A stretch of 64,000 nt of DNA from Eledone cirrhosa (taxonomy: Eukaryota). The DNA lies in assembly GCA_964016885.1 (NCBI GenBank), contig OZ024757.1:32426001-32490000 (forward strand). Direction: 5' to 3'. Below are positions 42,375 through 56,230 of this stretch, one piece after another. A model generated the notes under the pieces. It saw only the letters and a list, made by a program, of their open reading frames with translations. It was not told the origin of the DNA and ran no database searches. The position numbers and the translations under genes are program-made. Each line of letters starts with the position of its first letter. The first letter of the stretch is position 1.

Positions 42375-43330
42375 TGTGCTGACGTCATCAGTTCTTAGGC
42401 TACTATGGTGTAGAACCAGGCAACTCAGTTCCAAGTCTGTATTACCGTTAAGGGTAATTACTCTGCCTAACTGTCTGAAACGTCGGGTAGCTGGACATTT
42501 CTCAGGAGGAACTTTGTTCCGGTTGCGGCACTTGGACAATATTTCGGATCTTCAGTAAAGAGATATCACAGCAGGTTGCTTCAGGCCCTGCAACTTTTCA
42601 ATTAGGCAACGGCTTAAGTTCTGTAATTCGTTAATGTATGGAGTGATACAATCAACGATGTGGATTGGCAGTATCGGTAGAGCGTCGGACACCATGCTTT
42701 GCAGCATAGAGTTACGGCCCCTTTACGTTCTCGGTTCAAATCCCGCCGAGGTTTGCGTTGCCTTTCATCCTTACGGGTGGATAGAATAAATAAAATAAAA
42801 CACCAGTAATGCACTGGGGTCGATTTAATCGACTTTCCCTTCCCACCGAATTGCTAACTTTATGCCTATAGTAGAAATCGTTCTTAGAGGCGTCAGTGAC
42901 ATCACCAAAGGGTGTGAAAAGGGGGTTCGAATCGTTCAGGGAGACACACAAATTATTACATAATTTCCTTGGTCCAATCTGACTATATGCTCCTTTCATT
43001 TATCATTATTTTTAATAATAACTCTTTATTCCAACTACACGGTTCCTAATTATGGCTGCTGGTGGTTTATTGATATGTTTATGGTTATGATGATGGCAAT
43101 GGCGTCCTGATCCAGATTTTTGTAGGGATTATTATTTATTTGTCTGTCATTGTGTCTGCTGTTATGTCCACGAAGTTGGCTATCGTTAAATTTTTGCTAA
43201 TGGTCGTCTTTAAAGCAAGCTCCTTAAATATTTCTATTAAATTCTTTCTACATTTATCTATGCTGTAGTTATATTGTATGAGGTCGCTAAGCCATCGCTT
43301 TAGGGGTTGCCTCCAAACTAGCACTACACA
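42375..43330 (-). mobile_element. Heavily decayed Penelope-like element (Naiad/Chlamys-type), interrupted by a SINE
   Basis: RT remnant IDKCRKNLIEIFKELALKTTISKNLTIANFVDIT; FEPPF-like linker; C-terminus CLIEKL...SLY*RSEILSKCRNRNK(F)LLRN; downstream CTGATGA at ~42386-42392. Confidence 0.65.
42659..42878 (+). mobile_element. Type-A SINE, long variant
   Basis: A/B boxes, core, GGGGTCGATTTAATCGACTTTCCC insert and tail. Confidence 0.85.
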
Positions 43331-43920
43331 CCAGCAACGCCACGCTACACACTAAATACCGCCACCACCACCACCACCACTACCACCATCATCATCATCA
43401 CCACCAACATCATCATCACCATAACCACCATAGGACTCACTCATGCAGTCAAAACATACACACTGATACGTTCTTTCACGGCCGCAATACACATTATCAT
43501 GCCAAAACTACACAACATATATCATCACCATAATTACCACCACAGCACCACCACCACAACACCACCACCACCACAGCACCGCCACCACCACCACCACCAC
43601 CACCACATCACCATCACCACCACCACCACAACCACCACTACCATCACTACACATACCACGATTAGTGCCAACATTAAAATTACACAGTAGCACTCCCAGT
43701 ACGATAAACCATACACTCCACCATCACACACACCGCCATCAACATACACCACCCCATTACAAGCACCACCTTCACCACCGCCACCACTGTCGCACGTACA
43801 CGTACACACTGTAATATACATACTCAAACATAACCACCACCACTACTACCACCAGAACACAACAAATATGCACATAGAAATACGTGCACGAACACTAAAA
43901 CTATTACCACCACAACTACT

Positions 43921-43975
<55 letters not shown>

Positions 43976-44731
43976 CACAACAACCACCACTACCATGGGA
44001 CATACAGATACACATACATACACAAACACTATATACCACTAAAACACCACTTTTCATACACTTCACACCACCACCATAATACCACACCCTCGCCACCCTT
44101 TTACGTCATCCATCAACCCATCCCCTATATATACAACATCACCACTACTACCACCATCAACATCAACACCACCATCAGCATTAACACCCCCATCACCACC
44201 AACACCACCATCACCGTCAACAACACCATCATCACCGCTACTAACACCATCACCATCAACGCCGCAACCACCTCACCATCACAACCCCAACCATCACCAC
44301 CACCACCGCCATTGCTACCCCAACCACCACCATCACAACCATCACCACCACCATCATCACAACCATCAACACCACCACCACCACCATCACAACCATCACC
44401 ACCACCACCACCACCATCATAACCATCACCATTGCTACTACAACCATCACAACCACCAACACCACCATTGCTACCACAACTACCAGAACCACCACTACCA
44501 TCACAACCAGACCTCCACCACCACCACCATCACAACCATCACCACAACCACCACCACGACAACCATCACCACGACCACCATCACCATTACCACCATTACC
44601 ACCACGACCATCACCACCATCACCACCATCACCACCATCACCACCACCATCACCACGACACCACGACCATCACAACCATCACCAACACTACCACCATCAC
44701 AACCATCTCCATCACCAAAACCACCACAACC

Positions 44732-44765
<34 letters not shown>

Positions 44766-45450
44766 CCACCACCACAACCACCACCACCACCAACAACACC
44801 ACCACCAAAACCACCACCACCACCACCATTACCACATCACATACCTCCTCCTTTCATGACCTCAGAATCACCTCCTCATTGTTGTTGTTGTTGTTGTTGT
44901 TGTTGCTGTTCCTAAGAGTAGGGCCAATTATAACAATCCCCACCAACAGCCCCACTCCCATGACACCCTCCTTCACACCGCCACCACCGCCGCCACCACC
45001 ACCACCACCACTACCACCGCCACCACCACCACCATCATTATAACGACTCTAGCACGTCATCACCCCACCTTCATCATCACCAATGCTATCATCATCATCA
45101 TCGCCATCATCTTCATCATCACCATCATCACCATCACCACCACCACTTCATCATCATCACCATCATCACCTCCAATGCTACGATCATCATCACCATCATC
45201 ATCATCTTCATCATCATCATCATCACCATCACCATCACCACCACCATCTTCACCACCACCATCTTCACCATCACCATCATCATCATCACCATCACCATCA
45301 TCATCACTATCACCATCACCACCACCATCTTCACCACCATCATCTTCACCATCACCATCATCTTCACCATCATCATAGTCATCATCATCATTAGTATCAG
45401 CATCATCACCCCATTAATCACCACTGTCATCATCACATCCAAAACTATCG

Positions 45451-45481
<31 letters not shown>

Positions 45482-45721
45482 AAGTGTCAGCATCATCATC
45501 GCTATCATCAACATCTCCCCACCATTCTATTAACCCTGCCTCCACTATTGTCACCACACCATTATCACAAAACCATTACCATCACCAACACGTGTATACA
45601 CACATACACACATACATACATACATACATACATACATACATACATACATACACACATACACACACACATACATACATACATACACACATACAATCATACA
45701 TACATACATACATACATACAT

Positions 45722-45756
<35 letters not shown>

Positions 45757-45808
45757 TACACACACACACACACACATACAATCATACATACATACACACA
45801 TACATACA

Positions 45809-45840
<32 letters not shown>

Positions 45841-46116
45841 CATACATACTTGCATGACTGCATGCCTGCATGCATACATACAAACAAACATGCATACATA
45901 CATACATACATACATACATGCATGCATGCATGCATACATACATACATGCTTGCATGCATACACACGTGAATGCATGCATACATACAAACATGCATACATA
46001 CATACAAACATGCATACATACATACATACATACATCACATGTAATGTATGTATGTAAGTTTCTATATATGTACAAACGTAGCTATATATATTTATATATA
46101 TATATATACATATATA

Positions 46117-46173
<57 letters not shown>

Positions 46174-46629
46174 CCATACCTAGCTATGTTTGTACATATA
46201 TAGAAACATATATATATATATATATATATATATACTAACATATACACGTACATGACATACACACACGCACACACGCACACACACACATACGTACACACAC
46301 ACACTCACACACACAAGCACACACAGGCACACACACACACAGGCACAGCTAATCTAATCTATCAACACAAGATATTGATTCGCCAGCAGGTGATAATGGC
46401 GGACAACACTTAAGATATCATCTCTACCTACCCCCATCCCCACCATCACCACCACTACTACCACTACTACTACCACCACCACCGCTACTACTACTAACAC
46501 TACTACTACTACCACCACCACCACTACTACTACTTCTACCACCACCACCACCGCTACCACTACCACCACCATCACCACTTCTACTAACACTGCTACTACT
46601 ACTACCACACAACTACTAACTTACCATTT

Positions 46630-47500
46630 GTACCAACGATATCACACAACTACTAATTCTACCATTCATACCACCGATATCACACAATTACTATACTACC
46701 ATTCATACCACCGATATCACACAATTACTAACTCTACCATTCATACCAACGATATCACACAATTACTATACTACCATTCATACCACCGATATCACACAAT
46801 TACTAACTCTACCATTCATACCAACGATATCACACAATTACTAACTCTACCATTCATACCACCGATATCACACAATTACTATACTACCATTCATACCACC
46901 GATATCACACAATTACTAACTCTACCATTCATACCAACGATATCACACAATTACTAACTCTACCATTCATACCACCGATATCACACAATTATTATACTAC
47001 CATTCATACCACCGATATCACACAATTACTAACTCTACCATTCATACCAACGATATCACACAATTACTAACTCTACCATTCATACCAACGATATCACACA
47101 ATTGCTAACTCTACCATTTATACCACCGATATCACACAATTGCTAACTCTACCATTCATACCACCGATATCACACAACTACCAACGATATCACACAATTA
47201 CTAACTCTACCATTCATACCACCGATATCACACAATTGCTAACTCTACCATTCATACCACCGATATCACACAACTACCAACGATATCACACAATTACTAA
47301 CTCTACCATTCATACCACCGATATCACACAATTGCTAACTCTACCATTCATACCACCGATATCACACAACTACCAACGATATCACACAATTACTAACTCT
47401 ACCATTCATACCACCGATATCACACAATTACTATACTACCATTCATAGCACCGATACCACGCAATTACTACTACTGCCATTCTACCACTCATACCACTGA
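46630..47500. repeat. Minisatellite, ~36-38-bp unit TACCATTCATACCA(C/A)CGATATCACACAATTACTAACTC
   Basis: More than 20 units, with a higher-order ~96-bp period at 47140-47430. Confidence 0.95.
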
Positions 47501-48746
47501 TACGGCACGACTACTATTTATACCAGCAATACGAACGAACAGTTCCAATATCCTTCAGCTTCCATAAATAGTGCGTAATGGAGGCGGAATTAATTACATC
47601 TCTGAAACTGTAGTACTGAAAGTGCTATGCATTCTCTACAGGTCTTATAACGTTATTCTTGGCCCCTTATATACAGGCGGTATTTCTCATTACACAAGCG
47701 TCTTTCTGAGACTTTTGTCATTTGGTATGAGTGTGCGTTTGTCCTCCATCGTTTACGATGATGAATGACCTGGTAGTTTAACAAACGGAACAGTCTGCGT
47801 GTGAAATTAACGTGTAAGTGGTTGACTATTCAACAAACACGGGTACCGTTAACATAGGTCTCAGGGAATTTCAATGTGACACAGTGTGTGGCATGACTAG
47901 CCCTTTGAATTACAGATATAAATCATTTTCCAGTTGAGGGCATTGGAGTAAATAAAGTGGCTTGCTCAATGATACAACACACCGCCTAGAACCGAACTCA
48001 CGACCTTACGATGGCAAGCCCCCAAATCCTAACCATGAAGTCACACGTCTTCCCGAGTATGTATATAAGACGAGATGTTGCTGTAATTGCATTATGGTTA
48101 TTGGATTGGAATTTCTGTTTCTATTGCGTCGATTGTTTTGAGATATTTAGAAAGCACACTTTCCAAGCAAGTGTAACTAACTTTAACATCAAGTTTATTA
48201 AATAGTTTGTGATATGTATAGGATGGTGGTGAAATGTTTTCTTATTAATGACAGTTGTGCGTATTGTTATAAATATTCTAGTTCGTTTTTTTGTTTTGTT
48301 TTGTTTGTAGGTTTTTCTTTAAAACCACTTCATATTAATGCATCATTAGGGTAGGATGCGGCTTCATTGATTATGTTCTTGTGGAAGGATAAGTTGGATA
48401 CATTACTACTTACGAAGTATTTCATGATGACGAGGGGTGGTATGTGTTTACATAAAGAAAAACAAGAACTACCTCCATGCAATGACGAAAAAACATCACC
48501 ACTATCATCAAGAATAACAAAAACAACACCCCCATCATCACCCTCACCAACAAGAAAAAGGAGCCAGAGAAGATCCTTTATGGGGTTGCATTATCTGCTA
48601 GAAATAGCAACAAATCTTCCTCCGATCTCACCTATCGTTTTTAAAAATAGAAAAGACACATGGAGAGTGTGGTCCTTTCTACACTATCCCCGAAAACAAA
48701 ATGAGTAGTCACAATTGGGAAGATTTGTATCATATCCCTCTCTCTC

Positions 48747-48803
<57 letters not shown>

Positions 48804-49102
48804 ATGATGTAGACATGTCGACATACGCATGTGTATGCATCTATTTATCTATCTATAAGGCCGCCTACTTGACTATACATACAATGGAACTCACACATGC
48901 ACACTATACATACACACATACACTGATGCAGGCATTTGAACAAGCGGAAAGGGGTTGCTCTTTTAAGGCACGTCTCCGGCAATTGACAGGATGGTGGGAG
49001 GGATGGAGAGAGGGAGAGGTGAGCTGTAAAGAGAGGGAAGGGGACGAGCTGTAGATTGAAGAGAGATGAGACCACGAAAATGTACAGGGAGCTGATATAT
49101 AT

Positions 49103-49184
<82 letters not shown>

Positions 49185-49283
49185 TATTCAATTTATATAT
49201 ACATAGATATATACATATACAGATACACGCACAAACACATATACAATACATATATATATGCATATGTATGTATAGGTATATAC

Positions 49284-49354
<71 letters not shown>

Positions 49355-49954
49355 ACCGTAGAGAGGATGTCTGTCTGGATTCCAATTGTTCACCTACCAT
49401 GTCAGACAATCTATTAGCAAATCTCCCCTCTCCCTCTATCACACACGCTCCTCCCTCTCTCTTTCACCCACACACGTTCCATCTTTCTTTCACACACGTT
49501 CCTTCTCCCTCTCTCACCCTTTCCCCCTCTCTTTCACTCACACACGTTGCTTCTTCCCCTCTCTCACCCTTTCCCCCTCTCTTTCACTCACACACGTTCC
49601 TTCTTCCCCTCTCTCACCCTTTCCCCCTCTCTTTCACTCACACACGTTGCTTCTTCCCCTCTCTTTCACTCACACACGTTGCTTCTTCCCCTCTCTCTCT
49701 ATTCGATTTTTCCTGCAGCAGAGAGGGTAAATAAGTAATGGCATCAAGCCATTCCGATATAAGCAGCCAATATGGCATAATCGGAGGTGAGAGGCATGTC
49801 AGGAATGGAAGGACAATGGCGTGCGTGGAAATAGTGGGTAGCTTAACTCATTTTCAATACTTCATTCAATAAGGTCACCTCATCTTACGAAAAACCACCA
49901 TCGCGACCACCATCATCATCATCATCGTCTAATTCTCATATGTATTGATTCTGT

Positions 49955-50114
49955 CACATACAGATCTCTCTCTCTCTATCTCTCTACCTATCCTATTTAT
50001 CTATCTAACAACAGATCTCTCTATCTATCTCTCTCTCTATCTATCTATCTAACTACAGATATATCTCTCTCTATCTCTCTACCTATCCTATTTATCTATC
50101 TAACAACAGATCTC

Positions 50115-50187
<73 letters not shown>

Positions 50188-50193
50188 ATATCC

Positions 50194-50232
<39 letters not shown>
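49955..50232. repeat. (TATC)n/(TC)n tract, the insertion site of the Tx1 element
   Basis: Perfect (TATC)n run abuts the element's 5' end. Confidence 0.95.
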
Positions 50233-50233
<1 letters not shown>

Positions 50234-52014
50234 CTGAAGAACAAAAAATAATTACAACAAAATTAGACATTGAAACAAACAAACAAAATGAAAAAACAAA
50301 TGTTAAGGAAAATGAGCAAACAGAAAACAAACAAACAGAAAATAATACAAATAACGACAGGGCAACTTTCGCCCAGAAAACAAAGCAATCCATTACATAC
50401 ACACCAATTGACCTAACTGCCGCCAGAGAAAAACTGGCCGAAGCAAAGAAACATATTGTTTTGGGGGAAAACGGAATGTTTTCCATTAACTCCCCCCCAG
50501 AATTCAAGAAAGCCAGAGCAGAAAACACAGTTATATACAGAACTATACTAAACCAGTCAAGAAAGCCAGCACAGCCCAGCCAAATGGAAATAGAGTTAGT
50601 CCTAAAAGACTATATGAAGAATATTCTCTTCATACGAAAGGACCGACTCTATGGCAGCATTTCGGTCCTAACAAGAGACAAAGAAACGGCGGTTCAGCTT
50701 TCCCTAAGCCCACTCTCGTCGACAACATATAGCTTCTATCCCTCCTACATGGGTAGAAGAACTCAGAGAATAAAAGTAAAAACAATGCTGCCCACAATGG
50801 ACTTCTGGTGGGCTATTGCTGGCTTCATTGATATGGGCGAAGACACTATGCTGTCAATGGGGAAGGCAACTGGAGATGCGTTCCTGGGAATGGGCCTCGA
50901 CATACTAGTCCAAATGAGGCCCGAAAGAATAGCACAAATCCCGGATCGCATCTGGCTGGATGACCTTACCCCAATAGACATAATTGTAGAGGGGAGAAGA
51001 CCAGCATGCTATTTATGCATGGAAAGGGGACACGTTAAGGCTAACTGCCCGAAACGTATCCCCCAAAAAGGACTATTGCCCACACCCACCACAAACAGTA
51101 CACCAGCACCACCCACCTCCAAAAATACACTAATACCACACACAGCAAACAAAATACAGACACCACCAACCACAAACACAACACAAACATCACCACCACC
51201 AGCACCAAACACAAGCACGACACAAAAATCACCACCACCAACCACAACACAAACATCACCACCACCATTACCAACCACAAGCACGACACAAACATTACCA
51301 CCACCACCACCACAAAACCCATTCCAAACAAATAATAAAAAAAACAGTAACAAATCTACCCCTCCCGCAAAAAAAAAACAACCACACAACACGTCCCTCC
51401 CACCTAGCGCTGAAGAGTTTCCCCCAACTTCTGAAGAAGAAGGAGGAGAAGCCTTCAGACAAGTTAAAAGAAAAAAAAGAAAACACACACCCAGCACACC
51501 ACAAATAACCCACACACAAACACCAACTCCAATCAAAAACACCCCACCCTCAACAAACAAAAATAAATCTGCGCCTCCCCTCTCCGAAACATTGACAGCA
51601 TCACAAAAAAAGACGTTGCAATACACATATATAAATAAAGAAAACAAAAAACTGGTTAAATTAATAAACAATAACCCTATGGTGCAGACCGAAGGGCCAA
51701 ACTTTATCTCAACAGAGAACTTCACCCATTTAAAAATGATAAAGGTCCCTCTGGACCTTTATCGTTCCTTAAAAGAACAATTTAGACGGGACGTGAGCCC
51801 CCCCTGTTTAAAACCGTTGAATCGCGTCCTCTTGAAAGATTTCCCCATAACCGCCCCTCTCCCTGACACAACTCCAAATACCCCAACCCCACCACACACG
51901 TGTACCCCCACACCACCACAAAACATCCCTCCACCCAACACACCTGATGCCATGGAAATTACGCCACCCGGAGAGGTAAGTGCTTTTCTTTCTTCACTTT
52001 CAACACCAAAATAG
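50233..52014 (+). CDS. ORF1, gag-like nucleic-acid-binding protein, N-truncated
   Basis: Zinc knuckle CYLCMERGHVKANC, P/T-rich disordered region, basic VKRKKRK; native start missing. Confidence 0.88.
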
Positions 52015-52019
52015 ATCAA

Positions 52020-55000
52020 TTGAGAGTTGGCTGTTTGAACGCGCGTGGCCTGAGCTCAGCTTGGAAGCAAGCAAAGCTTCTAAGTGACCTCAGGTCACAA
52101 AGTATAGATGTGATGGTTGTTTGCGAGAGCCGGATCAGCAGCGTGAGACAGCTGGCGCCCGCCTTCGATGACTTTGAGATGCACGCATCTCTCTGTCAAC
52201 CCGGAGGCGGGGGGGGAGTTGCCGTACTGCTGGATAAACGTCTGACTCTCGACGTACAGATTGTTCACTCGGACCCGGGGGGTCGATTACTGGTGCTGGA
52301 CGTCGGAGGTGGTGAAGGCGGGGCTTTCAGACTGGTCGGTCTTTATGCTCCCTTCGGGGCGGAGAGAGCCGACTTCTTCCAACGTCTGGAGACTTTTCTA
52401 GGAACGTCGCGTTCCCTGCTTTTAGTGGGGGACTGGAATGGAATCCTAGATGCGCGTTGGGACTATGCAGGGGCATGTCCCGATAGAGGGGGGTGTAGCA
52501 GCCTCAAGGGGTTACTCGATCGATTCGACCTGGTCGATAGATTTCGACTAGATTGTCCAACTGCGCCAACCTGGACCTGGGCAAACCGCAGTGGACAATC
52601 TAGATCGTACCTAGATAGGTTTTTGGTTAGGAGTAAGGATAGGGACGTATTTAGTTGTCCAGAACTGATCATGGTTGGCTATTCAGATCACAAATTAGTG
52701 ACCTGCGTGGTCAACCTTGATAGAACGCATAGACAGGGTCCCGGTTACTGGAAGATGAACTTGTCCTTACCGACAAAGAAAGATTACAGAAACCGGATTA
52801 GTAGCTTAGTTAAGATGCGGTTGACGGGAGCGATCGTCAACAGTAGGTGGTGGATATCTCTAAAGAGAGAGATTAGAGTAAGTTCGATAGGTTACAGTAA
52901 GGAACTAGCGGCGAATACAAATAGGAGGGAAAGGGAGTTAACAGATAAACTAGAAGAGGCGATTAGGAGCGGAGACGTAGCCAGAGTGTTAGCGACGAGA
53001 ACGGCATTGAGCCAGTTCTTTGACGCGAAGCACGAAGGCTGCGTTGTCCGAAGTAAAATACGTGCTTTAGGAAACGAGGGGACCAAAGCTGTTAGCTGGG
53101 CCCGCGTGACAGAAGCCAAGAGTGGGATTAAATCCACCATTCGGTCTTTGCGAGACCAGGATGGACGGGTGATCCTTGAACCTGAGCGAATGTGCGAGAC
53201 CTTTCAAAGGCACTTTGCTCGACTGTTCGGAGGTGGCGGGGGGCCGGACGGGGATGTGGACTTCGGTCCATACCTCGACGGTCTACCGCGTCTTTCGAGC
53301 GGCGAAGCGGAGTGCTGCGAAGGGCCAATCACAGCCACTGAAATCGGGGAAGCGCTCAGCCAATGCAGCAGACGCAAATCCCCGGGTCTCGATGGTCTAC
53401 CATACGAACTTTATTTAGCTATGCCGGTCTTGTTCTCCGAACTCCTCGAGGCTGTCTATTGCAACTGGCAACAGAACGGGAGAATTCCCTGTTCTGTGAC
53501 CAAGGGCGTGGTCACGCTAGTGAGGAAGGACGAGAGCAAGGGGGACGACTTAAGTAACTTTAGGCCCATAACTCTGCTGAATGCAGAGTTACAGATTTTG
53601 GCCAAGGTGTTGACGAAGAGGTTGGCGCTTGTGGTGGGTGGTTTGGTGGGAGACGCGCAGACATGCGCTATCCCGTCCAGGTCCATTCACGACAACCTCC
53701 ACCTCATGCGATACATCATAGAGAGGGTTGGCTACGAACCCGGCTTTGGTGGGGCCCTGATCAACTTGGATCAATCTAAGGCGTTCGATAGGGTCGACCA
53801 TGGTTACCTGGATGCGGTGCTAGCGGCGGCGGGCTTCGGACCCGTTTTCAGGGGCTGGATTTCTGCCATGCACAGTGGCAACATCTACTCTAGGATTAAA
53901 GTAAACGGCTACCTCTCGGAGCCGTTTCAAATCACCCGATCCATCAGACAGGGGTGCCCCCTCTCCTCCCTTCTGTACGTATTGACTCTCGAGCCACTGC
54001 TGCGGAAGTTGGAGTTGCTGCGGGGCATACCCCTGGAACCGGGATTGCACAAAGCGGTCTCGGCCTATGCCGATGACGTAACAGTAATGGTGGCGGACGC
54101 CTCGGAAATCGGGGCGATCGCCACCCTACTGGAGGAATACGAAAGGCTGACGGGGGCTAAGCTGAACCAGGACAAGTCAGTCGGTTTGCAACTCGGAACG
54201 TGGAGGGGCAAACCGATGCCGTTAGACGGTGTCGTCGGGCGGTGGACGGAGGGCCCGGTGAAGCTGCTCGGGGTCTGGTTCGGACCGGACCTCCAGGTGG
54301 AGAAGAATTGGGGCGAGGTGACGAGCAGGGTGTTTGCGCTGACCCAGAAGTGGGCCAAGTGCAAACTATCACTGAAAGGTCGGGCGGAGGTGACGAACGC
54401 TTACATAGCGTCCGTCATCTACTACCGCCTGACCGTCGTGCCTTGCCCCAAGGAAAAGCTCACCATCATGGAACGCATGCTCTTCCAGTTCCTCTGGAAG
54501 AAGCGGCCTCCCATGGTGAGGAGATCCATCTGCTGCCAGCACCCTTCGAAAGGAGGGCTGGGTATGCCGTGGCTGTTGATGCGTAGGCACGCATTGAGGC
54601 TACGGCATCTACAGGTATTCCTCAACGGTCAGCCGGTGTGGGCCCCGTTTGTGAGGCGAGCCTTCCCACAGCTCGTCTCGCTCACCGAACTGCAATCCTG
54701 GGTGAAGCAAAGACCGAGAAAAATGGGCAACTGGCACACTGAGTGTGCCCAGGCGCTCACGGCTATCTGGCAAGCGGACCCGACTGTCAGTGGAGAATCC
54801 ACCTCGACATTCTATAGAGGGTTGGTGGCTAGCAGGGGCGACGACACCCTTGGAGAGTCGCTAGGCATGGAGGAGGACGAACTGGCCAGCCTGTTCGGTA
54901 GAACTTTCGGCCCGGGACCCATGGACAACTTCCAGAGGTCCCTAGCCTGGCAGTGTTACCGGGGGGCTCTGCCCGTTCGAGAAAAGCTCTACAGACACGG

Positions 55001-55448
55001 GCGCCCGGGCAGGGATCCCGCGAAAAAGATCTGTCCCAGATGCGTGCGCGACGAGGAAACCGTTGCGCATGCACTGGTACACTGCCCGGGCGTTGCCGAT
55101 CTGTGGGGCTACGTCGAACGACTGCTGTCGCGTGTGGCGCCGATTCGATTAACCGCCGAGTCTGTGGTGAACATCAAGCCGCCTCCTCCCTTCAGAAATG
55201 AAGCAGAGGCGGTCTTTCTGTGCGTAATAGCCATGATGAAAGAGGTTGTGTGGTGGACGCGCCTGAAAGGTCTGAGGTCGGGTGACTTTCTCTCCGGCCA
55301 TCACCTGGTTTACTTCTTCCGATACCACTTCGGAAGAAGAATCAGGATGGAGGGAGAAGTGCTTGGTCCCAGACAGTTTTATGAAAGGTGGGTGAAAGAA
55401 GCGAGAATGGCCCGTGTAAATGGGCCTTCTCTCTACATTGTTCTGTAG
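52020..55448 (+). CDS. ORF2: APE endonuclease, reverse transcriptase, C-terminal CCHC-type zinc domain (TTG start)
   Basis: CLNARGL, VCES, LYAP, GDWN, YLDRFL, SDHKLV; GPGYWKMN (Tx1-typical); SPGLDGLPYE, NFRPITLLN, LDQSKAFDRV, RQGCPLS, AYADD, KGGLG, CPRC..DEETVAHALVHC. Confidence 0.95.
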   Translation: MRVGCLNARGLSSAWKQAKLLSDLRSQSIDVMVVCESRISSVRQLAPAFDDFEMHASLCQPGGGGGVAVLLDKRLTLDVQIVHSDPGGRLLVLDVGGGEGGAFRLVGLYAPFGAERADFFQRLETFLGTSRSLLLVGDWNGILDARWDYAGACPDRGGCSSLKGLLDRFDLVDRFRLDCPTAPTWTWANRSGQSRSYLDRFLVRSKDRDVFSCPELIMVGYSDHKLVTCVVNLDRTHRQGPGYWKMNLSLPTKKDYRNRISSLVKMRLTGAIVNSRWWISLKREIRVSSIGYSKELAANTNRRERELTDKLEEAIRSGDVARVLATRTALSQFFDAKHEGCVVRSKIRALGNEGTKAVSWARVTEAKSGIKSTIRSLRDQDGRVILEPERMCETFQRHFARLFGGGGGPDGDVDFGPYLDGLPRLSSGEAECCEGPITATEIGEALSQCSRRKSPGLDGLPYELYLAMPVLFSELLEAVYCNWQQNGRIPCSVTKGVVTLVRKDESKGDDLSNFRPITLLNAELQILAKVLTKRLALVVGGLVGDAQTCAIPSRSIHDNLHLMRYIIERVGYEPGFGGALINLDQSKAFDRVDHGYLDAVLAAAGFGPVFRGWISAMHSGNIYSRIKVNGYLSEPFQITRSIRQGCPLSSLLYVLTLEPLLRKLELLRGIPLEPGLHKAVSAYADDVTVMVADASEIGAIATLLEEYERLTGAKLNQDKSVGLQLGTWRGKPMPLDGVVGRWTEGPVKLLGVWFGPDLQVEKNWGEVTSRVFALTQKWAKCKLSLKGRAEVTNAYIASVIYYRLTVVPCPKEKLTIMERMLFQFLWKKRPPMVRRSICCQHPSKGGLGMPWLLMRRHALRLRHLQVFLNGQPVWAPFVRRAFPQLVSLTELQSWVKQRPRKMGNWHTECAQALTAIWQADPTVSGESTSTFYRGLVASRGDDTLGESLGMEEDELASLFGRTFGPGPMDNFQRSLAWQCYRGALPVREKLYRHGRPGRDPAKKICPRCVRDEETVAHALVHCPGVADLWGYVERLLSRVAPIRLTAESVVNIKPPPPFRNEAEAVFLCVIAMMKEVVWWTRLKGLRSGDFLSGHHLVYFFRYHFGRRIRMEGEVLGPRQFYERWVKEARMARVNGPSLYIVL

Positions 55449-55704
55449 GTGAAGAAGTGAAGAGGAAAGGGGGAGCGCCTCCTCTCTGGGCTTCCCCCGC
55501 GAAAAGAGTTGCACACTTTTCGGGGGTATGTGCAATCCCCAACACGCCCCCTCCCTTTTGAGGACTTTTTATTGTTATATTATTATTGTTATTCCTTTTT
55601 TCTTTACTCGATTTATGTAAACTCCCCCACTGTGTAAATGTCCCCTTCTTTTGTGCCCTCGTGGCAAATAAATAGAAATTTATCTATCTATCTATCTCTC
55701 TATC

Positions 55705-56230
55705 AGCCGATTAAATTGACCGCCGAGTCCGTGATGACAATCAAACCGCCTCCCCTCTTCACAAAGGAAGCAAAGGCGGTTTTTCTGTGCGTAATAGCCA
55801 TGTTGAAAGAGGTTGTTTGGTGGACACGATTGAAAGGTCTGAGGTCAGGCAACTTCCTCTCTGGCCATAGTCTGGTCTACTTCTTCCGATATCACTTCGG
55901 AAGAAGGATAAGAATGGAGAGAGAGGTGCTTGGCCACAGGCAGTTTTATGAAAGGTGGGTGATAGTGGCGAGAATGGCTCGTGTAAATGGGCCTTCTCTG
56001 TATACCATCCTGTAGGTAAAGAAGTAAAGGAGAGGGGAGCACCTTCTCCATGTGCTCCCCGGGCAAAGGATTGCACACTTTTTCGGGGGTGTGTGCAACC
56101 CCCATCACGTCCCCTCCCTTTTGAGGTTATTTTCGATTATTTTCATGTTACACCCTTTTTACTCGATTATATGTAAACTCCCCCTTTGTATTTGTCCCTT
56201 CTTTTTATGCCTTTATGGTAAATAAAGAAA
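55705..56230 (+). mobile_element. 3' fragment of a related, more diverged Tx1 subfamily in tandem behind copy 1
   Basis: PIKLTAESVMTIKPPP...ARMARVNGPSLYTIL* and 3' UTR; bounded by (TATC)n on both sides. Confidence 0.92.

Larger units (their letters stand above)
50233..55685 (+). mobile_element. Tx1-clade (L1 group) non-LTR retrotransposon, copy 1, slightly 5'-truncated
   Basis: ORF1 with CCHC knuckle, APE-RT ORF2 and a 3' UTR with AATAAA; lacks the first ~14 ORF1 codons relative to copy 2; TCT microhomology at the 5' junction. Confidence 0.93.

Noticed and set aside
46630-47500. Repeat array as CRISPR or a repeat protein
   Set aside because: Pure tandem minisatellite without spacers; frames contain stops.
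51009-51725. 238-aa antisense ORF within Tx1 ORF1 (also 62463-63179)
   Set aside because: Expected shadow of the C/A-rich P/T-coding strand; presence in both copies only reflects their near identity.
51976-52014. 39-nt GT-AG mini-intron fusing ORF1 to ORF2
   Set aside because: Removal keeps the ORF1 frame and reaches ATC AAT TGA; no fusion results.
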